Below, in pieces: positions 51,143-63,540 of a DNA stretch of 64,000 nt. The notes under the pieces were generated by a model, which saw nothing but the letters and a program-made list of their open reading frames with translations, was not told where the DNA came from and did no database searches. Both the position numbers and the translations under genes were made by a program. Every line of letters starts with the position of its first letter. The first letter of the stretch is position 1. The stretch is from Bilabrum cf. latius (taxonomy: Eukaryota). Location of the stretch: contig OZ237754.1 of NCBI GenBank assembly GCA_965178125.1, positions 62,001 to 126,000 of the forward strand, given 5' to 3'.

Positions 51143-53251
51143 ATGCACAGAGGACTATCATGCGCCATAATTGCGTTTGTGACAGTGTGTCTGGTGCGTG
51201 AATCCGAGGGAGACGATTTTGATGTTACCATCCACGACAAGGGCTCTCTGGGCATGCAGCTTGATTCAAGACTCCAGGTATCTGGGTTTCGGAGAGGACC
51301 CAACGGCCAGCCCCTGCCTGCGGAGGACTCCGGTTGGATTCGCGTTGGCGACCGTTTGATTGCTGTCAATGAGCGCAGCGTTGAGGGCCAAAGTCTGCCG
51401 AACGCGGCCAGCATCATCGCGAGAGCGGACCATCCAAAAATATTGCGATTTAGGGCTTCCTCCGGCTAGAATCGCACTGCGGAAATGCAGGCTCTGCTGA
51501 GCAGGCCCGGAGGAGTGCACGGCGTGCGAGGCGTTCTGGACATCCGCCGCGAAGGCCTCCCGGCGATGGAGCTCCCGTTCACCAAGGCGCTCTTTGGAGG
51601 TCCCACCGGCTGCTGGAAGGCCCCTCTTGTGGTGGCGTAGCCCCCCGAGGGATGCGGCGCGTACCGGAACGGCCCCTCAGTGCGGGACTCACTGGTGGTG
51701 GTCCGCAGGGGCCTGTGCTCGTTTCACTCCAAGGCGGTGCAGGCGCAGCAGCAGGGGGCCAGGGGGCTCGTCGTGGTGAACGACAATGATGACACCCTGC
51801 CCATGCCGGGCCCCGACAACGAGGACGAGGGCAAGCACAAGCACGGCCACAGCCCCAGCCCCAGCTCCAGGCGAGCCCGGGCCGAGGACAGTGCCGACCT
51901 GCCTGCGGTGATGGTGGGCCTGGAGCACTTTCGGTCCCTGGCCCGGCTCCTGCAGAGAGACCCCTCCGAGCCCGGGGCCAGGGATGCCAGCCTGGAGGCG
52001 AGACGCACCATGGGGCTGGGCAAGGCCGCTCGTGATGAGTCTCTGTGGCTGGGGTGGGGTCGGTCCAGGAGGCACGAGGGGCTGCTCGTGGTGGAGGGGG
52101 CGTGGTGCGGGGAGGGACAGGCCATTGAGGGGCCCCCGGAGGGAGAGGACGGGGGAGAAATCGAGGGGGCGGGAGAGGGGGGTGCTGCTGGTGATGCGGA
52201 GGAGGTGACTCTCAGGGGTGCTGGGCAGCTTGCTCTGGAGGATTCGGCCGCGGGGCCAGCGGCCGGGGTGCTGTCGGCCTTGCATGCAAGCGCAGCTGTC
52301 GAGGACCAGGACGGGGACCAGGACCAGGACGGGGAAGGGCACGAAGGCGGCAGCAAGGGGCAGCACTCTGTGGAACGGGCTGAGTATCTCCGGGCCCGGT
52401 TCGGGGGGGCTGTTCCCCGAGGGCCCCTTCCGCTGGTGGTCGCCTCGGAGCCAGCGGATGGGTGCGAGACTGGCCAAGGTCGGTGGGTGGGGGCGGCCGT
52501 GCTCGTCTCTCGCGGTGGATGCAGCTTCGAGCGCAAGCAGGAGGTCGCGATGGCCGCGGGGGCGCGCGCCGTGGTGGTGTCCAACAGTGGGCCCGGGCTG
52601 GAGAGGGCGGAGTCGGAGGCCTCCAAGCGGTCCAGGGGCTGGAGGGAGCGGAACCGGCTGGCGAGAGCAGCGGCGCTGCTGGGCAGAGAGGTTCCGCAGG
52701 AGGCGCCGCGCGCTAGCGATGGGGCTGAGTCGGACGAGGACCAGGCAGGCGACACCGAGGTGCATCGCATTGCCGCGTAGCTGCCCGCGGAGGCAGGGGA
52801 CGTGGGCGAGGGCATTCCGGTGGTGATGGTTCCCACGGCTGCTGGGCAGCGGCTCCGTGGCGCAGTGGCTGAGGCGGGGCACAAGGGGGTACGGGCCGTG
52901 GCGGCGGCGGGCGAGCTGGGCTCGCAGGCAGAGGTAGGGGCCGGGGGCGCGAAGGTGAAGGCAGGGGCCGCCGCGAGCAGCCCCGTGTGGGTGCAGTTCC
53001 GTCCGGATGCCGGGCTGGTGGACGGGTGGGAGTCTCTGGAAAGGCTGTTGGACGAGGGCGAGTGGCCAGGGAGCGGGCGGGGCAAGGCCCGGACCAAGCT
53101 CTACCGCCGGTTGAGCAGGGCACATCACCCCGACAAGAGAGGCGGGGACGAAGACCGCTTCCAGCTGCTCTCGTACGCGTACCGCAGGGCGTGCCACAGG
53201 TTGGACCCGGAGCAGTGGCCGGACTTCCAAGACGACTGGGCGTCAAGCTGA
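51143..53251 (+). CDS. Signal peptide, PDZ, two PA domains and C-terminal J-domain (~702 aa)
   Basis: PDZ: KGSLGMQL..AEDSGWIRVGDRLIAVN. PA domains: VVRRGLCSFHSKA..GARGLVVVN and LVSRGGCSFERK..AGARAVVVSN. J-domain: YRRLSRAHHPDKRGGDEDRFQLLSYAY. Three TAG; TGA stop. Confidence 0.85.
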
Positions 53252-53312
53252 AGCTTGCCAGAACGAGCACCCGATTCCAACCGCATGATTGCACTGATTA
53301 AATTATACTAAA

Positions 53313-55244
53313 ATGAGAAGAATCGCTACTACCCAGCACTACGTGCGATTGTATAGAGGAGTATCCAGGAGCGTCGCGAGTCGAATGCGGCTGCGGCTCT
53401 AGCCGCTTCCTCAAGCTCTGATTGGCATGATGCGACCGATGTCATCTGCCGCCGCCCTGAGCCCTACCGCAATGAATGCCACTGAGGGCCAGCTTGTCTC
53501 GCTCCGTGGTGTCGTATCCAAGGTGATCTACAGCTCTGCAGACGGCGGCTATGGCATTGTGCAGCTCAAGGTCCAGTCGTACGGCGACGCCTAGGTCGCG
53601 CAGGACCGCCTAGCTTCCCAAATGCAAGGGGTAAATGCATCTGCCTTCGGGATTGCCGGCACTGCCGCGCAAGGCCCGGGAACACCTGGTGGCGAGCCAG
53701 CCGAGCGGCAGCTGGCGAGCCCGAACGAATCTGTCACCGTGCAGGGGGGACCGCAGGTCGCTTCCATGCAAAAAGGAGAACTAGTCAATATTGAGGGTAG
53801 CTGGTAGAAGCATCGCCGCTACGGGATGCAGGTGAAAGCCAGTGCGGTTCGCGCAACCCCACCAGATTCAGCCGACGCTCTTGTTCGATTGCTGGGCAGC
53901 GGATCATTCAAAGGGATCGGACCGGTGCTAGCAGGGCGGCTTGTGGAGTAGCTAGGCTCGAGTGGTGCGGTAAAAGCGCTTGGGGAGGGGGATCATGCAG
54001 CCCTTGCCCGTGTTCGCGGGATCAGCGCTCGCATTGCGCGCGAGGCAAGTGCTCGGTGGCGGGCGCGCTCGTCAGGTGCCGAGTTCGAGGGGCTGTGCGC
54101 GCGCGTCGGCCTCAGCGCATCTGCCACTGCCCGCCTTCGGCAGGCGTTTGGCGGGTCAAGCGAGGCGATGGAGGCGCTTCGGCGAGACCCGTACGGCGCG
54201 CTAGCGAGGGTCAAGGGGCCCGGCCTGGGCCTGGCAGTTGGAGACAAGATGGCAAGGGCGCTGCACGCGGGAGGCGATGGAGGCCAAGATAATACCCAGT
54301 CGTAGCAAGCAGCAGAGGAGGTGACAGACCTCTCTAGAGGCTCCCCAGGTGCCGGCATGGAGGGGGGGGCAGGGGGCGCCACCAACCACATGCACCAGGG
54401 GGGCGCAGAGGGAACACACAAGGGGACGACACCTCAACCGAACCGAGGACGAGGGCAATCGCAGGAAAGCACCGCGACCGTCGCTCCGGATGCGCCCGCT
54501 CCTGGTGACCCGCTGTACGGCCCCAGGGTCCGGTCCGCGGTGCTGCAGGAGGCCAGGCAGGGCATGCTCCGGGCGGGGCACTGCTTCCTGCCCGCAGGGG
54601 AGCTCCTGCGGCTGGGGGCAAAGGCGGTGCTGCCGGGAGCATGGCGGGGGAGAGCAGCACGCAAGAGCAGCGGAGCGAGCGGCGGTGGGGATGGGGATGG
54701 GGATGGGTTGGTTCCGCTCGCACAGGTGCTCATGGAGGGGGTCCCGAGCGCCTAGCCTCGCGACCAGCAGGTCGGCTCCGACTCGGAGCCGAAAGTACCC
54801 AGTGCTGCGCGCGATGAAGACGCGGCGGGTCTGATTCGTCGGGCGATGCTGCAGGTGCTCGAGGCGGAGGGTGTGGTGGAGGTTGCTGGCCCTGGTGGAA
54901 GCACAAGCGGGGATGGGGCGATCGACCTGGACCAGGCCGTGGATGGTTCCTCGGGCAAGGTCAGATCGCTGGCAGCGAGCGCAAGGGGCGTTCTGGATGG
55001 AGTCAGGGGAGGGCAGCTGCACGTGCAGGCAGTGATGGGGGGAGCAAGGGACAGCACCGACGAGTCGGGGGCCGCTGTGATCGCGGTGTCCTTGGCAGGC
55101 ACACGGCGCACCGAATAGGCTGCAGCAGCCGCGGTGGGGCGGTTGGTGGGCTCGTTTCTGGAGTCGGGAGCTCGATTGAGGACGCACGGGGGCACCCAGA
55201 CGATCCTCGCCGGGGATGCGACCAGCAAGGAGGAGGGAAAGCAG

Positions 55245-55300
<56 letters not shown>

Positions 55301-58088
55301 GGGGTAGGAGCAGCGCGATGGTGCCTAGCCGAGGGCATCGGGCAAGGGCAAGGACAAGGGTGAGTCAAGGGAGCTCACCGAGGAGCAGAGGGCAGCAGTG
55401 GACACGGCGCTCAAGTCTCCCATCGCGGTCATCACCGGTGGTCCGGGGACAGGCAAGACCACCGCAGTGAGGGCGGTGGTGCAGGCCTGGCTGAGGCAGG
55501 GGCGGCGGGTTGCGCTGGCCTGTCCCACCGCCCGCGCGGCGCATCGACTGAACGAGGTGTGCAGCGGCATCTTGAGCGCATTTCAGGCCGAAATGGCAGC
55601 CTCGGCAAAGGGCATGCGCGGGCAGGGTCCGGCGGTCGCCCTCGCCCAGGCACCGCACGCTGTCACCGTGCACCGGCTGCTGGGTTACGGCATCAGCTCC
55701 GAGTCCCCAGCGGGACTGGCCGCTCAGGCCCGGGCCGATGCACTGGCTCGCGGCGAGGCCGTGCCTGCCTTGTCCGGTGAGAATGCGGGTCCAGGATCAG
55801 GGTTGAGGCGGCGGGGCCGCGGACAAGCGGACAGCTCGACGCTGCCGCAGGTAGGTGCCCTGTCTCTCGGGAGACAGCTCGGCGGTGGGGGCGTGGGCAT
55901 GGGCATCGCTGGCGGTTAGGGCACCATGGGGGATGAGGGCGGGCCAGTGGTGGATCTGGATGGAGAAGGAGCGTATAAAGGTGTGGGTGGGATGGAAGGC
56001 ATGCGGGATGGCTATGGTGGTGCGCCTGGCAATGGAGGACTAGGTGTGGGGCTGCCAGAGCAGACGGGGGGTGGGGAGGGGGAGGAGGAGGATGACGGGG
56101 CGGCGGAGATGTCGATGGATGCTGCTGCTGGGGTTGTACCTGGTTCACAAGCGGGAATAAAGGGCAAAGGCAAAGGTAAAGGAAGCTCCCACGGGCCGTT
56201 CCTGTTCCATGCCGACAACCCGCTGCCCTACGACGCGGTGCTGGTGGACGAGGCCAGCATGCTGGACCTGAACCTAGCGCGGGCGCTCATCGAGGCGCTG
56301 CCCGTGCCCAAGGTGGCGGACGGGGAGGTACCGGGGGCACAGGAGGGGGTCAATCCAGGGAACAAGCGAGGCGCCCCCAGCCTCATCCTGGTGGGCGACC
56401 ACGATCAGCTGCCCAGCGTGGCGCCGGGGCGGGTCCTGCGGGACATGGTCAGCGCTGGGGAACAGAACCAGCAGGATGGTGGCGCCGGTGTGACGAGCGA
56501 TGCATCCGTTCAGTTCCCAGTGGTGCCTGTGGCCCGCCTGCAGCGCATCTTCCGGCAGGCGGCTGCCTCCTCCATCGTGAGGAACGCGCACGGCGTGAAC
56601 GAGGGCAAGGGCCTGGTGGCCGTGCACGAGCTGCCCCTTGATCTAGGCTCTCGGTAGGCAGCCGGGGAGCAAGAAGGAAGCGGGGCCGCGGCCGGCAAGA
56701 GCAAGTGGCTGCTGCCTCTGCCGAGCGAGACGGAAGAGGCGCTGAGGGCAGGTGTGCGCGCGGCCAGGACAGGCGGGGCTGCACCCGGTGGCCCTGCAGC
56801 CCCCGCCCCCACTTTCCCCTCCCTGACCGAGTTCCCACCTCCCGAGATGGACACACTCTGGATCGACGCCGAGGACCCAGCAGGTGCCGCCCGCAGACTT
56901 CGAGAAGACGTGCCTGCCCTGGTGCGAGCCATGGGGCTGGAGCCAGAGGAGCACCTGCTCGTCATGTCGCCCATGCGGAGGGGGCCTCTGGGCACCAACC
57001 AGCTGAACGAAATGCTGCGGCCCGTGCTGCGGAAGCGCGATGCTCGCGGGGTGCAGAGAGATGCCGATGGCGCTCCCTCGGCAGGCCGATGGGGGCAGGA
57101 TTCCGCACCCGCGGTGGGTGTGGGGGACCGCGTGATGCAGAAGAAGAACAACTACGACTTCGGGGTGGTGAACGGGGACGTGGGACACGTGGCAGATGTG
57201 GGCACGGACGGGTCAGTGCTGGTTGTGTTCACCTCGCCTGCCCCCCAGATCGACGGGGTACCCCAGGGCGGGGGGGGCATGTTCGGGGGGCTGTTCGGGC
57301 ACGACATGCGTACGGTGCGGTATTCCGCGGCAGAGGCGCGCAGGCAGCTGGAGCTGGCCTACGCTGTGACCGTGCACAAGGCGCAGGGGAGCGAGTGGCC
57401 AGTAGTGGTCGCATGTGCGCACACCTCCCACGCGCCCATCCTCACGCGCGGCCTGCTGTACACGGCGGTGAGCCGCGCCCAGCGTCTCCTCGTGGTGGTT
57501 GGCTCCAGGCGAGCCGTGCGCATGGCCGTGAACAAGGACGCAGAGACGAGGAGGCACACCATGCTGGCGGGAGACGTGCAGCGGGCCGTGCTGGGTGCCA
57601 TGGCCGGGGCGGGGAGGCCCCTGCTAGAGGACGACACGGGTGCCAGTGCCAGTGCCAGTGCCAGTGCCAGTGGCAGCAGTGCAGCTGCCACGGGGCTGTC
57701 GCCACTGGCAGCCTACGCCAGCATGTGCGGGGCCATGGGGGCCGGGGAGGGGGAGCACAACTTCGTATAGAGGGTGGTAACAATCGATGACGAGATCAGC
57801 AGGGCCAGGGAACAAGGCGGGGGCGCCGGCCTGGGACTGGCAGCGGTGCCCGCGGCGGACCTCGTCGGTTCCACGCCTCCTATTCAATCGAATGGCCCGC
57901 GCGGGGACAGCCGGGCAATGCATGGAATGGAAGACCAAAGGAGAATGCCGATGGGTCTTTCAGGCCTGTCACTGCGGCGGAAGGCGCAGTCCCTGCTGAA
58001 TGCAGACGTGGACGCGGCTCTGGTGAGGCGGGGCCAGGAGAAGGCTGCAGGATGGGCGGTGGAGGTGCGCGCCGGTGAGAGGCAGTAA
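53313..58088 (+). CDS. recD2: RecD2-like SF1B DNA helicase with putative mitochondrial presequence (~1,591 aa)
   Basis: One frame, 12 TAG, TAA at 58086. RecD2 N-terminus GVVSKVIY..GYGIV..IEGSW.KHRRYGMQ..GSGSFKGIGP..DPY; helicase motifs ITGGPGTGKT, TVHRLL, VDEASM, LVGDHDQLPSV, RIFRQ, GDRVMQKKNNY, AYAVTVHKAQGSE, LLYTAVSRA. Confidence 0.9.
55245..55298 (+). repeat. (CATGGG)x9 microsatellite encoding a His-Gly tract
   Basis: Direct read, in the RecD2 frame. Confidence 0.95.
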
Positions 58089-58242
58089 TAGGGATGCAGC
58101 CGGGTCAGAGGAGGCAGCATAGATTCGCTTAAACGTGTTGTGCGATGAACAGATAGATCTACTTGTAAAGTGCAGTCCACTGCCACAGGCAGCATCCACT
58201 GTTCAGCAAGGCCTCCTCACATACATAATCGAACACTTGGCC

Positions 58243-59275
58243 ATGGCCACCGTGGATATAGTGCCTTTGGCTGGCATTTCTAGTTAGTGAGTGGATCTGA
58301 GCTTCCCCGGTTGCAGCAACGACGGTAGGATCGTTCCTCGATACTTGGCAAGCTCCAAAACAATATGATTCTCGCAGCTGGGCAGCGATCTAGTTGTTCG
58401 ATGACGTCGAGAATACAAAGGAGATTGTCACTGCTGTCATCAAGGGGGACCTAGATGTTTCCATTCTGGACACAAGCGCGGTGCTCTCGAGCAAAGTGCT
58501 GCTAGCTGCTTGCCAACGGGCTTGCTACCAGCATGTGAATCACAAGCTGGTGGCATCCACCCTTGGGGCGGAAGTAGCATACAGAATCAGCCCGTACCGA
58601 GGTGTTGGGGAGGCCTTGCGTGAATTTGGCGCTAAGGAGACAAGCCGATCCATCGTGATTGTGGGCTTGCTGGCACCAGACGCCGATGGCTCAGCCGCAG
58701 CAGGTGCTGGGGTAGCGGAGGCGGCGTCCAAGCTGCAATCATCCATCTCTAGCCTAATTAGGGGGAAATCCGTCCCAAATCCATGCTCCGCGATCGATGG
58801 TCGCAGGACGAGCAGCGGGGACCGGGCCGTGCTGGCGCTTTACGGCCTCGAGCCAGATGGGGAGGAAATGGCGGTCTACGCGGACGGTGGGGCTGATGCA
58901 GTCCCACCCAAAGGACTTTCAGCAGCTGCATTGAGCGGGGAGAGGACAGGAGATGATGTAGGATCCCAGTCTCACTCAGGATCTGCAGCTGCTGGCTCAG
59001 GTGCAGCATCGGATGCCAGCGGCGCAGTGGCTAGCGCTCGTCGGCTGGATCCGGCAGAGGCCGCGTGCATTGCATGCATGTGCATACGATAGCCCAGCAC
59101 TAGGCCCAGGGGTGCTTCCAAGGGCAAGGGCAAGGGCAAGGGAAAGGCAGGCGCGGCAGCAGGGGGTGCCGGCGGAAGCACCGGCACGAGCAGCCGACGA
59201 GGCAAGAAGAGGCGCCGAGGGCCACCAGCTGAGGGAGCATCGGCCAGCGGGTCTGCTGAATCGAAGCCAGAGTGA
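58243..59275 (+). CDS. CGI121: KEOPS complex subunit CGI121/TPRKB
   Basis: join(58243..58286,58378..59275). LFDDVEN..LLAACQRA..TLGAEVAYRISPYRGVGEALREFG..SIVIV. TAG at 58391 and 59090; TGA at 59273. Confidence 0.8.
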
Positions 59276-59425
59276 TGTTCTTTGCATCTATGTCGCGCAC
59301 GCTATCGGATCTTGGTAGCGAGCAATTACTGCTTTCCTCCGAGTCGGGGAGCGTAGCACGGTGTCGGCCGATGATCGGCCACTACCCATCTCTCTACTAT
59401 TCGACAAGCAATTCGCTGGGCAAAG

Positions 59426-60983
59426 ATGAAAAGTTTTGCGTGTTTCGCTACATTCGTTGTGACCGCTGCGGTAGGATCCTCGCAGCATGCCTCTGGATCC
59501 TATCCCGTGCGTCCCGATTGGCAGCAAGTCGTCGCGATCAGCCGAAGCAAGGCGAAACAACACAATCTCCCTACTTCCGGTCCCACACCAGGGCCTACTG
59601 GATTTGCCGTATCTCCGGCGTAGTTTGGCGGAGATCCGCTGGGCCAGAAGGACTCCACTGCGGCTGTTCGTGCAGCTGTTGCAGTGTGCGTCAACGTCTC
59701 CCAAGTAGAGCCGCTGGACTTCCCCGTCGGCACCCGCGATGCCGCTGGTTGCACGGTGGATTTGCAAGGTGGTGAGTATCTCATCAGCGACACGATTCAA
59801 ATCCCTGCGTTTGTCGGAAACATGCAGATGTCCCGCGGGTCGCTGCGCGCATCCTCATCATTCAAGTCGGGGGCCTTCATGGTGGTGGTTGGGGTGGAAG
59901 GAGCGTGTAAATTCCCTTAGGGGTCATGTAATGTGGACATCAATTTCCCAGACCTCTTTTTGGACGGATCCCGCGTGGCGCACGGCCTGCTTTAGATCAA
60001 CAGCGTCATGGGCACAACGGTGGGCCCTGGGACGTACATGCTAAACTTTACAAGCGCTGGCATCGAGGTAAATGGTGGCCATGAAGTTATGATCTTGGAG
60101 ACGTGGCTCGGCGAGACGAACTGGAACCACCACTTCACCACGGACGCGCCTCCGGTCGCGACCGCCATCGCAATCAACAGCAACGACCACTACATCCAGA
60201 ACTCTGTCGTTTTCTCCTCTCTCGTGGGTCTCGACATGAGGGGCGCTGCGAACTACGTGAGAAGAATGGGCGCAGGTTGGAAGCTCCCATTCTATCTGCG
60301 ATGTGCCACTGCACCATGCCGCGGCGCGGAAGCCCACACATCCTGTACGCTTGTCTTTTGTTCTGTTCAAACCCATGCAGGTGTCTGGCCTCCACGTCTG
60401 GTTTCCGTGGAACGCAGCTGATCAGTTCGGGGCCACTGCATTCCAGATCTCGGGTGGCCAGAACCGCTTCTCCGGCTGCTACATCGACTGCTCCAAGGCA
60501 GTGATCGCGCAAGGGGCGGGGCTCGTAGAGTTCTCGGACGGTTTTTCGCTCGGCGGGATCGGCATCGTGCTCGATGGCGCCAGCTTCGAGAAGCTGCAGA
60601 TCTACGACAACGAGTTCCAGGGCGGATCGGGCCCCGGGATCGTCGTGCCCTCTGGCGGTCAGCAGAACGTGACCCTCGTGGACTCCAGGTTCCAGAACAA
60701 CCTATTTAACGGCAAGCAGGGCAGCGCCACCAGAGTCACAAAGACGGTCGCTTCCACCACACCGACCACGAGCTGGAAGGCCAGCTTCTGCCAAGAGATC
60801 GTGGGCAAGGTCCAGTCGGTGCAGTTCAGCGTCACCGCAGACACCGGCTTCCCGAGCGTGGTGGCGCGGCCAGTCGCCGCCGACGGTTGCACCGTGACGC
60901 TCGAGTCCCAGACTGCCTTTACCGGGTCCATCACCGTGTCGGTGGACTCGAGCACGTATTCGAGCAACTGCGGGCTCTGTTGA
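59426..60983 (+). CDS. Secreted pectate-lyase-superfamily beta-helix protein (QRT3-like)
   Basis: join(59426..60256,60381..60983). Signal peptide; [TAG]FGGDPLGQKDSTAA, VDLQGGEYLISD, GSLRAS, GGHEVMILETWLG, NDHYIQNSVVFS, CYIDC. Three TAG; TGA stop. Confidence 0.8.
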
Positions 60984-61094
60984 ACGCATAGTCAGAGGAA
61001 GCTAGCTCTGTAAGCGGTGGGTTCTTGCTAGCTAGACTTTCCCGCCTGCGCTTCATTTGCTTCTGGTTCGATATGCCACGCATCTCCCATCGGT

Positions 61095-63221
61095 TCACAC
61101 CTTGCTGCTCGACTCCTCTACCGCACTAGCACGAGCTATTTCCAATGCGCGCCCCGCATCGTCAGCCTCCTTCTTGGTCTGCACCTATAACTCAGGCTCA
61201 GGCTCCCACCCGCACCACGCCAACACGAGCGCGAGCGCAAGCGCTGCTCCGTAGGCGGCTGGCAGCAGCCCAAGCGCTGCATCGTACGCGCCCTCGCTCC
61301 TTTTGACGTCCTTGCCATCGGCCCCCGGCCCATCGACGGCATCCAGGACCGCACCCACCGCGGGCTGCAGCACGGCCCCGCCCACGATCATGCCCGCGTT
61401 GACCACGGCGATCACCACCCCGCGGTGGGGGGCCGCCCACTCCGCCTTGGTGGCCGCCCTAGTCAGCCGAAACACCGCGGGAATCACGGTGGCAGACCCG
61501 AAGAGGAAGAGCACCACGCCCATGGCCGGCCTCCCCAGCGCATCCACGTATACGAGTGCAGCCGAGGACAGGCCCCCCAGAAGAGCCGCCCCCGCTGCCA
61601 CCGCGTGCATGCTCCAGGGGGCTCGGTCCAGCAGCGCGCCCACCAGCGGCCCCGACAGGCCCCAGCCCACAAGATACACGGACATGAGGACAGACGCCTG
61701 GGCCCCATTTGCGCCCTTGGTGTCCTTGAGGAACGAGTTGCCCCACAGCGACCCGAAGGTTAGGAAGGGACCGACAATGAGGATCCCATAGGTGAAAATG
61801 AGCATCACCCTGCCGCCCAGAAGCAGCCCGATCGTCCCCATGAGCCCCTCGCCCTCCAGACCGCAGTCGCTGGTGCCGTCCCCCGCGCACCTCGAGCCGC
61901 AGGTGGAGACCCGGCCCGCTGCCGTGCTCATGCCCTTGTTCTCCGCTGCTGCATGTGATGGAGGCACCCCACCGCTTCGATGCGGCTGTTTCTCCTCCTC
62001 CTCTTCCTCCCTCTAGTTGGAGGGTAGCCCTGGGATGGCGGCAGGGGAAGGAGGCCAGGCGATCGGCGGGCTGCCCTGCCCGGACTGGACGAGGGGAGGC
62101 GTGGCATCTGCCTGCACGAGCGGCACCTGGCTGGGGGTGCGGCTGGGTCCTGAGGCTGCGGTGTAGGGTGAGGATCCTTGTCCCACGGGCTCCGCACCGG
62201 CCTCTGACTTGTTCTTCAAGTTCGCGTGCCCCGGGGTGCCGCCACCCACTGCCTGGTTCCCTGGACCGCTGGCATGCTCCACTGCCTGGTTCCCTGGACC
62301 GCTGGCATGCTCCACTGCCTGGTTCCCTGGACCGCTGGCATGCTCCACTGCCTGGTTCCCTGGACCGCTGGCATGCTCCACTGCCTGGTTCCCTGGACCG
62401 CTGGCATGCTCCGCTGCCTGGTTCCCTGGACCGCTGGCATGCTCCGCTGCCTGGTTCCCTGGACCGCTGGCATGCTCCGCTGCCTGGTTCCCTGGACCGC
62501 TGGCATGCTCCGCTGCCTGGTTCCCTGGACCGCTGGCATGCTCCGCTGCCTGGTTCCCTGGACCGCTGGCATGCTCCGTTATGTCACTGCCCTCGGCAGA
62601 GGCTGTGCGGCACACTGGCAGGCAGCCAGCGTGGATCGACCACAGCACTAAGAATGTAGCACCAATGCCGACAGGAAATACAGAGCTCCACCCAAGCACC
62701 GGTCTCCAGCCCAAGTTTTCCACAAGGACCGCAAGCGGTGCCTGGGCGAGGAGGCTGCCAGCGAGCCCGAACATTATGCCCGCACCGGTCATTGTGCTAG
62801 CAAGGCCGCTTGCTTTGAAATGCGTCTCGCTGAGCGTCACAACTCCAATCCAAGCTCCACCGACACCGGCGCCGACTAGTCCTCGAGCAGCTGCCGCCAG
62901 TGCAAAGGAGCTCGTGGAGGCAAACCCCAAAGAACCAAGCGCTGCAGCGAACGCACAGCCTGCAAGTACGGGCAGGTGTCCGAAGCGCTGAAAGGCCCAC
63001 CCACATGGCAGCTAGACTGCAATATACGCATAGAAATACGTGGAGGAAAGAACGCCAACGGCGGAGCTATCAATTTTGTAGGCGAGCTGCAGGTCGTCCG
63101 ACACGACCGAGGGCGCCACTCGCTGGAAGAAACTATACGTAAAGAAAAGGGATGCAACCAGCCATGCTACCCAAATATCAAGGGGTGGGAGGTTCGATGT
63201 CGAGCTGCTCGTGGCTGCCAT
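61095..63221 (-). CDS. Major facilitator superfamily transporter (~708 aa)
   Basis: WLVASLFFTYSFFQRVAPSV, GVLSSTYFYAYIAV[TAG]LPCG..RFG, ARGLVGAG, AQAPLA..GWR, FGSLWG, GGAVLQP. TAG at 63012, 62013 and 61185; TGA at 61095. Confidence 0.9.
62246..62575 (-). repeat. 33-bp coding minisatellite x10 (EHASGPGNQA[A/V])
   Basis: CC[A/G]CTGCCTGGTTCCCTGGACCGCTGGCATGCT; five A copies followed by five G copies. Confidence 0.97.
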
Positions 63222-63540
63222 TATGTGGCTAGATTCGATTGCACAACTGTGTCCGTCATCGCTTCGTCACACACCGTGTGACGGCTCGGGGACACACTGT
63301 GGCCAAGGCCGCCAGCGGGCGTGATTGGCGACTTGTCCACCCCTGTGCAGAATAACCATTGCGGCCTAGAATATATCTGCATCGCAGGAGCCATTGACAA
63401 GGTAGCCTCGTTGCAACCATGATCACAGCATGATGGCAATTACTCTGACCACCCCCGGCCAATCCTCGCGCACCTTTGGGGTGCTGTCACTGCTGCACAC
63501 CCGAGCGCAGTATCGCAAGGCCGCACACCCTTAGTGCGGC

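Noticed and set aside
53313-58088. Bacterial contamination, prophage or plasmid TraA relaxase-helicase
   Set aside because: Neighbouring genes are eukaryotic (intron-containing RPC40 and CGI121 nearby); it uses TAG=Gln, has a presequence, and shows no relaxase or phage neighbours.
62246-62575. CRISPR array (33-bp repeat; likewise the 36-bp repeat at 23402-23617)
   Set aside because: No spacers; these are in-frame coding minisatellites.
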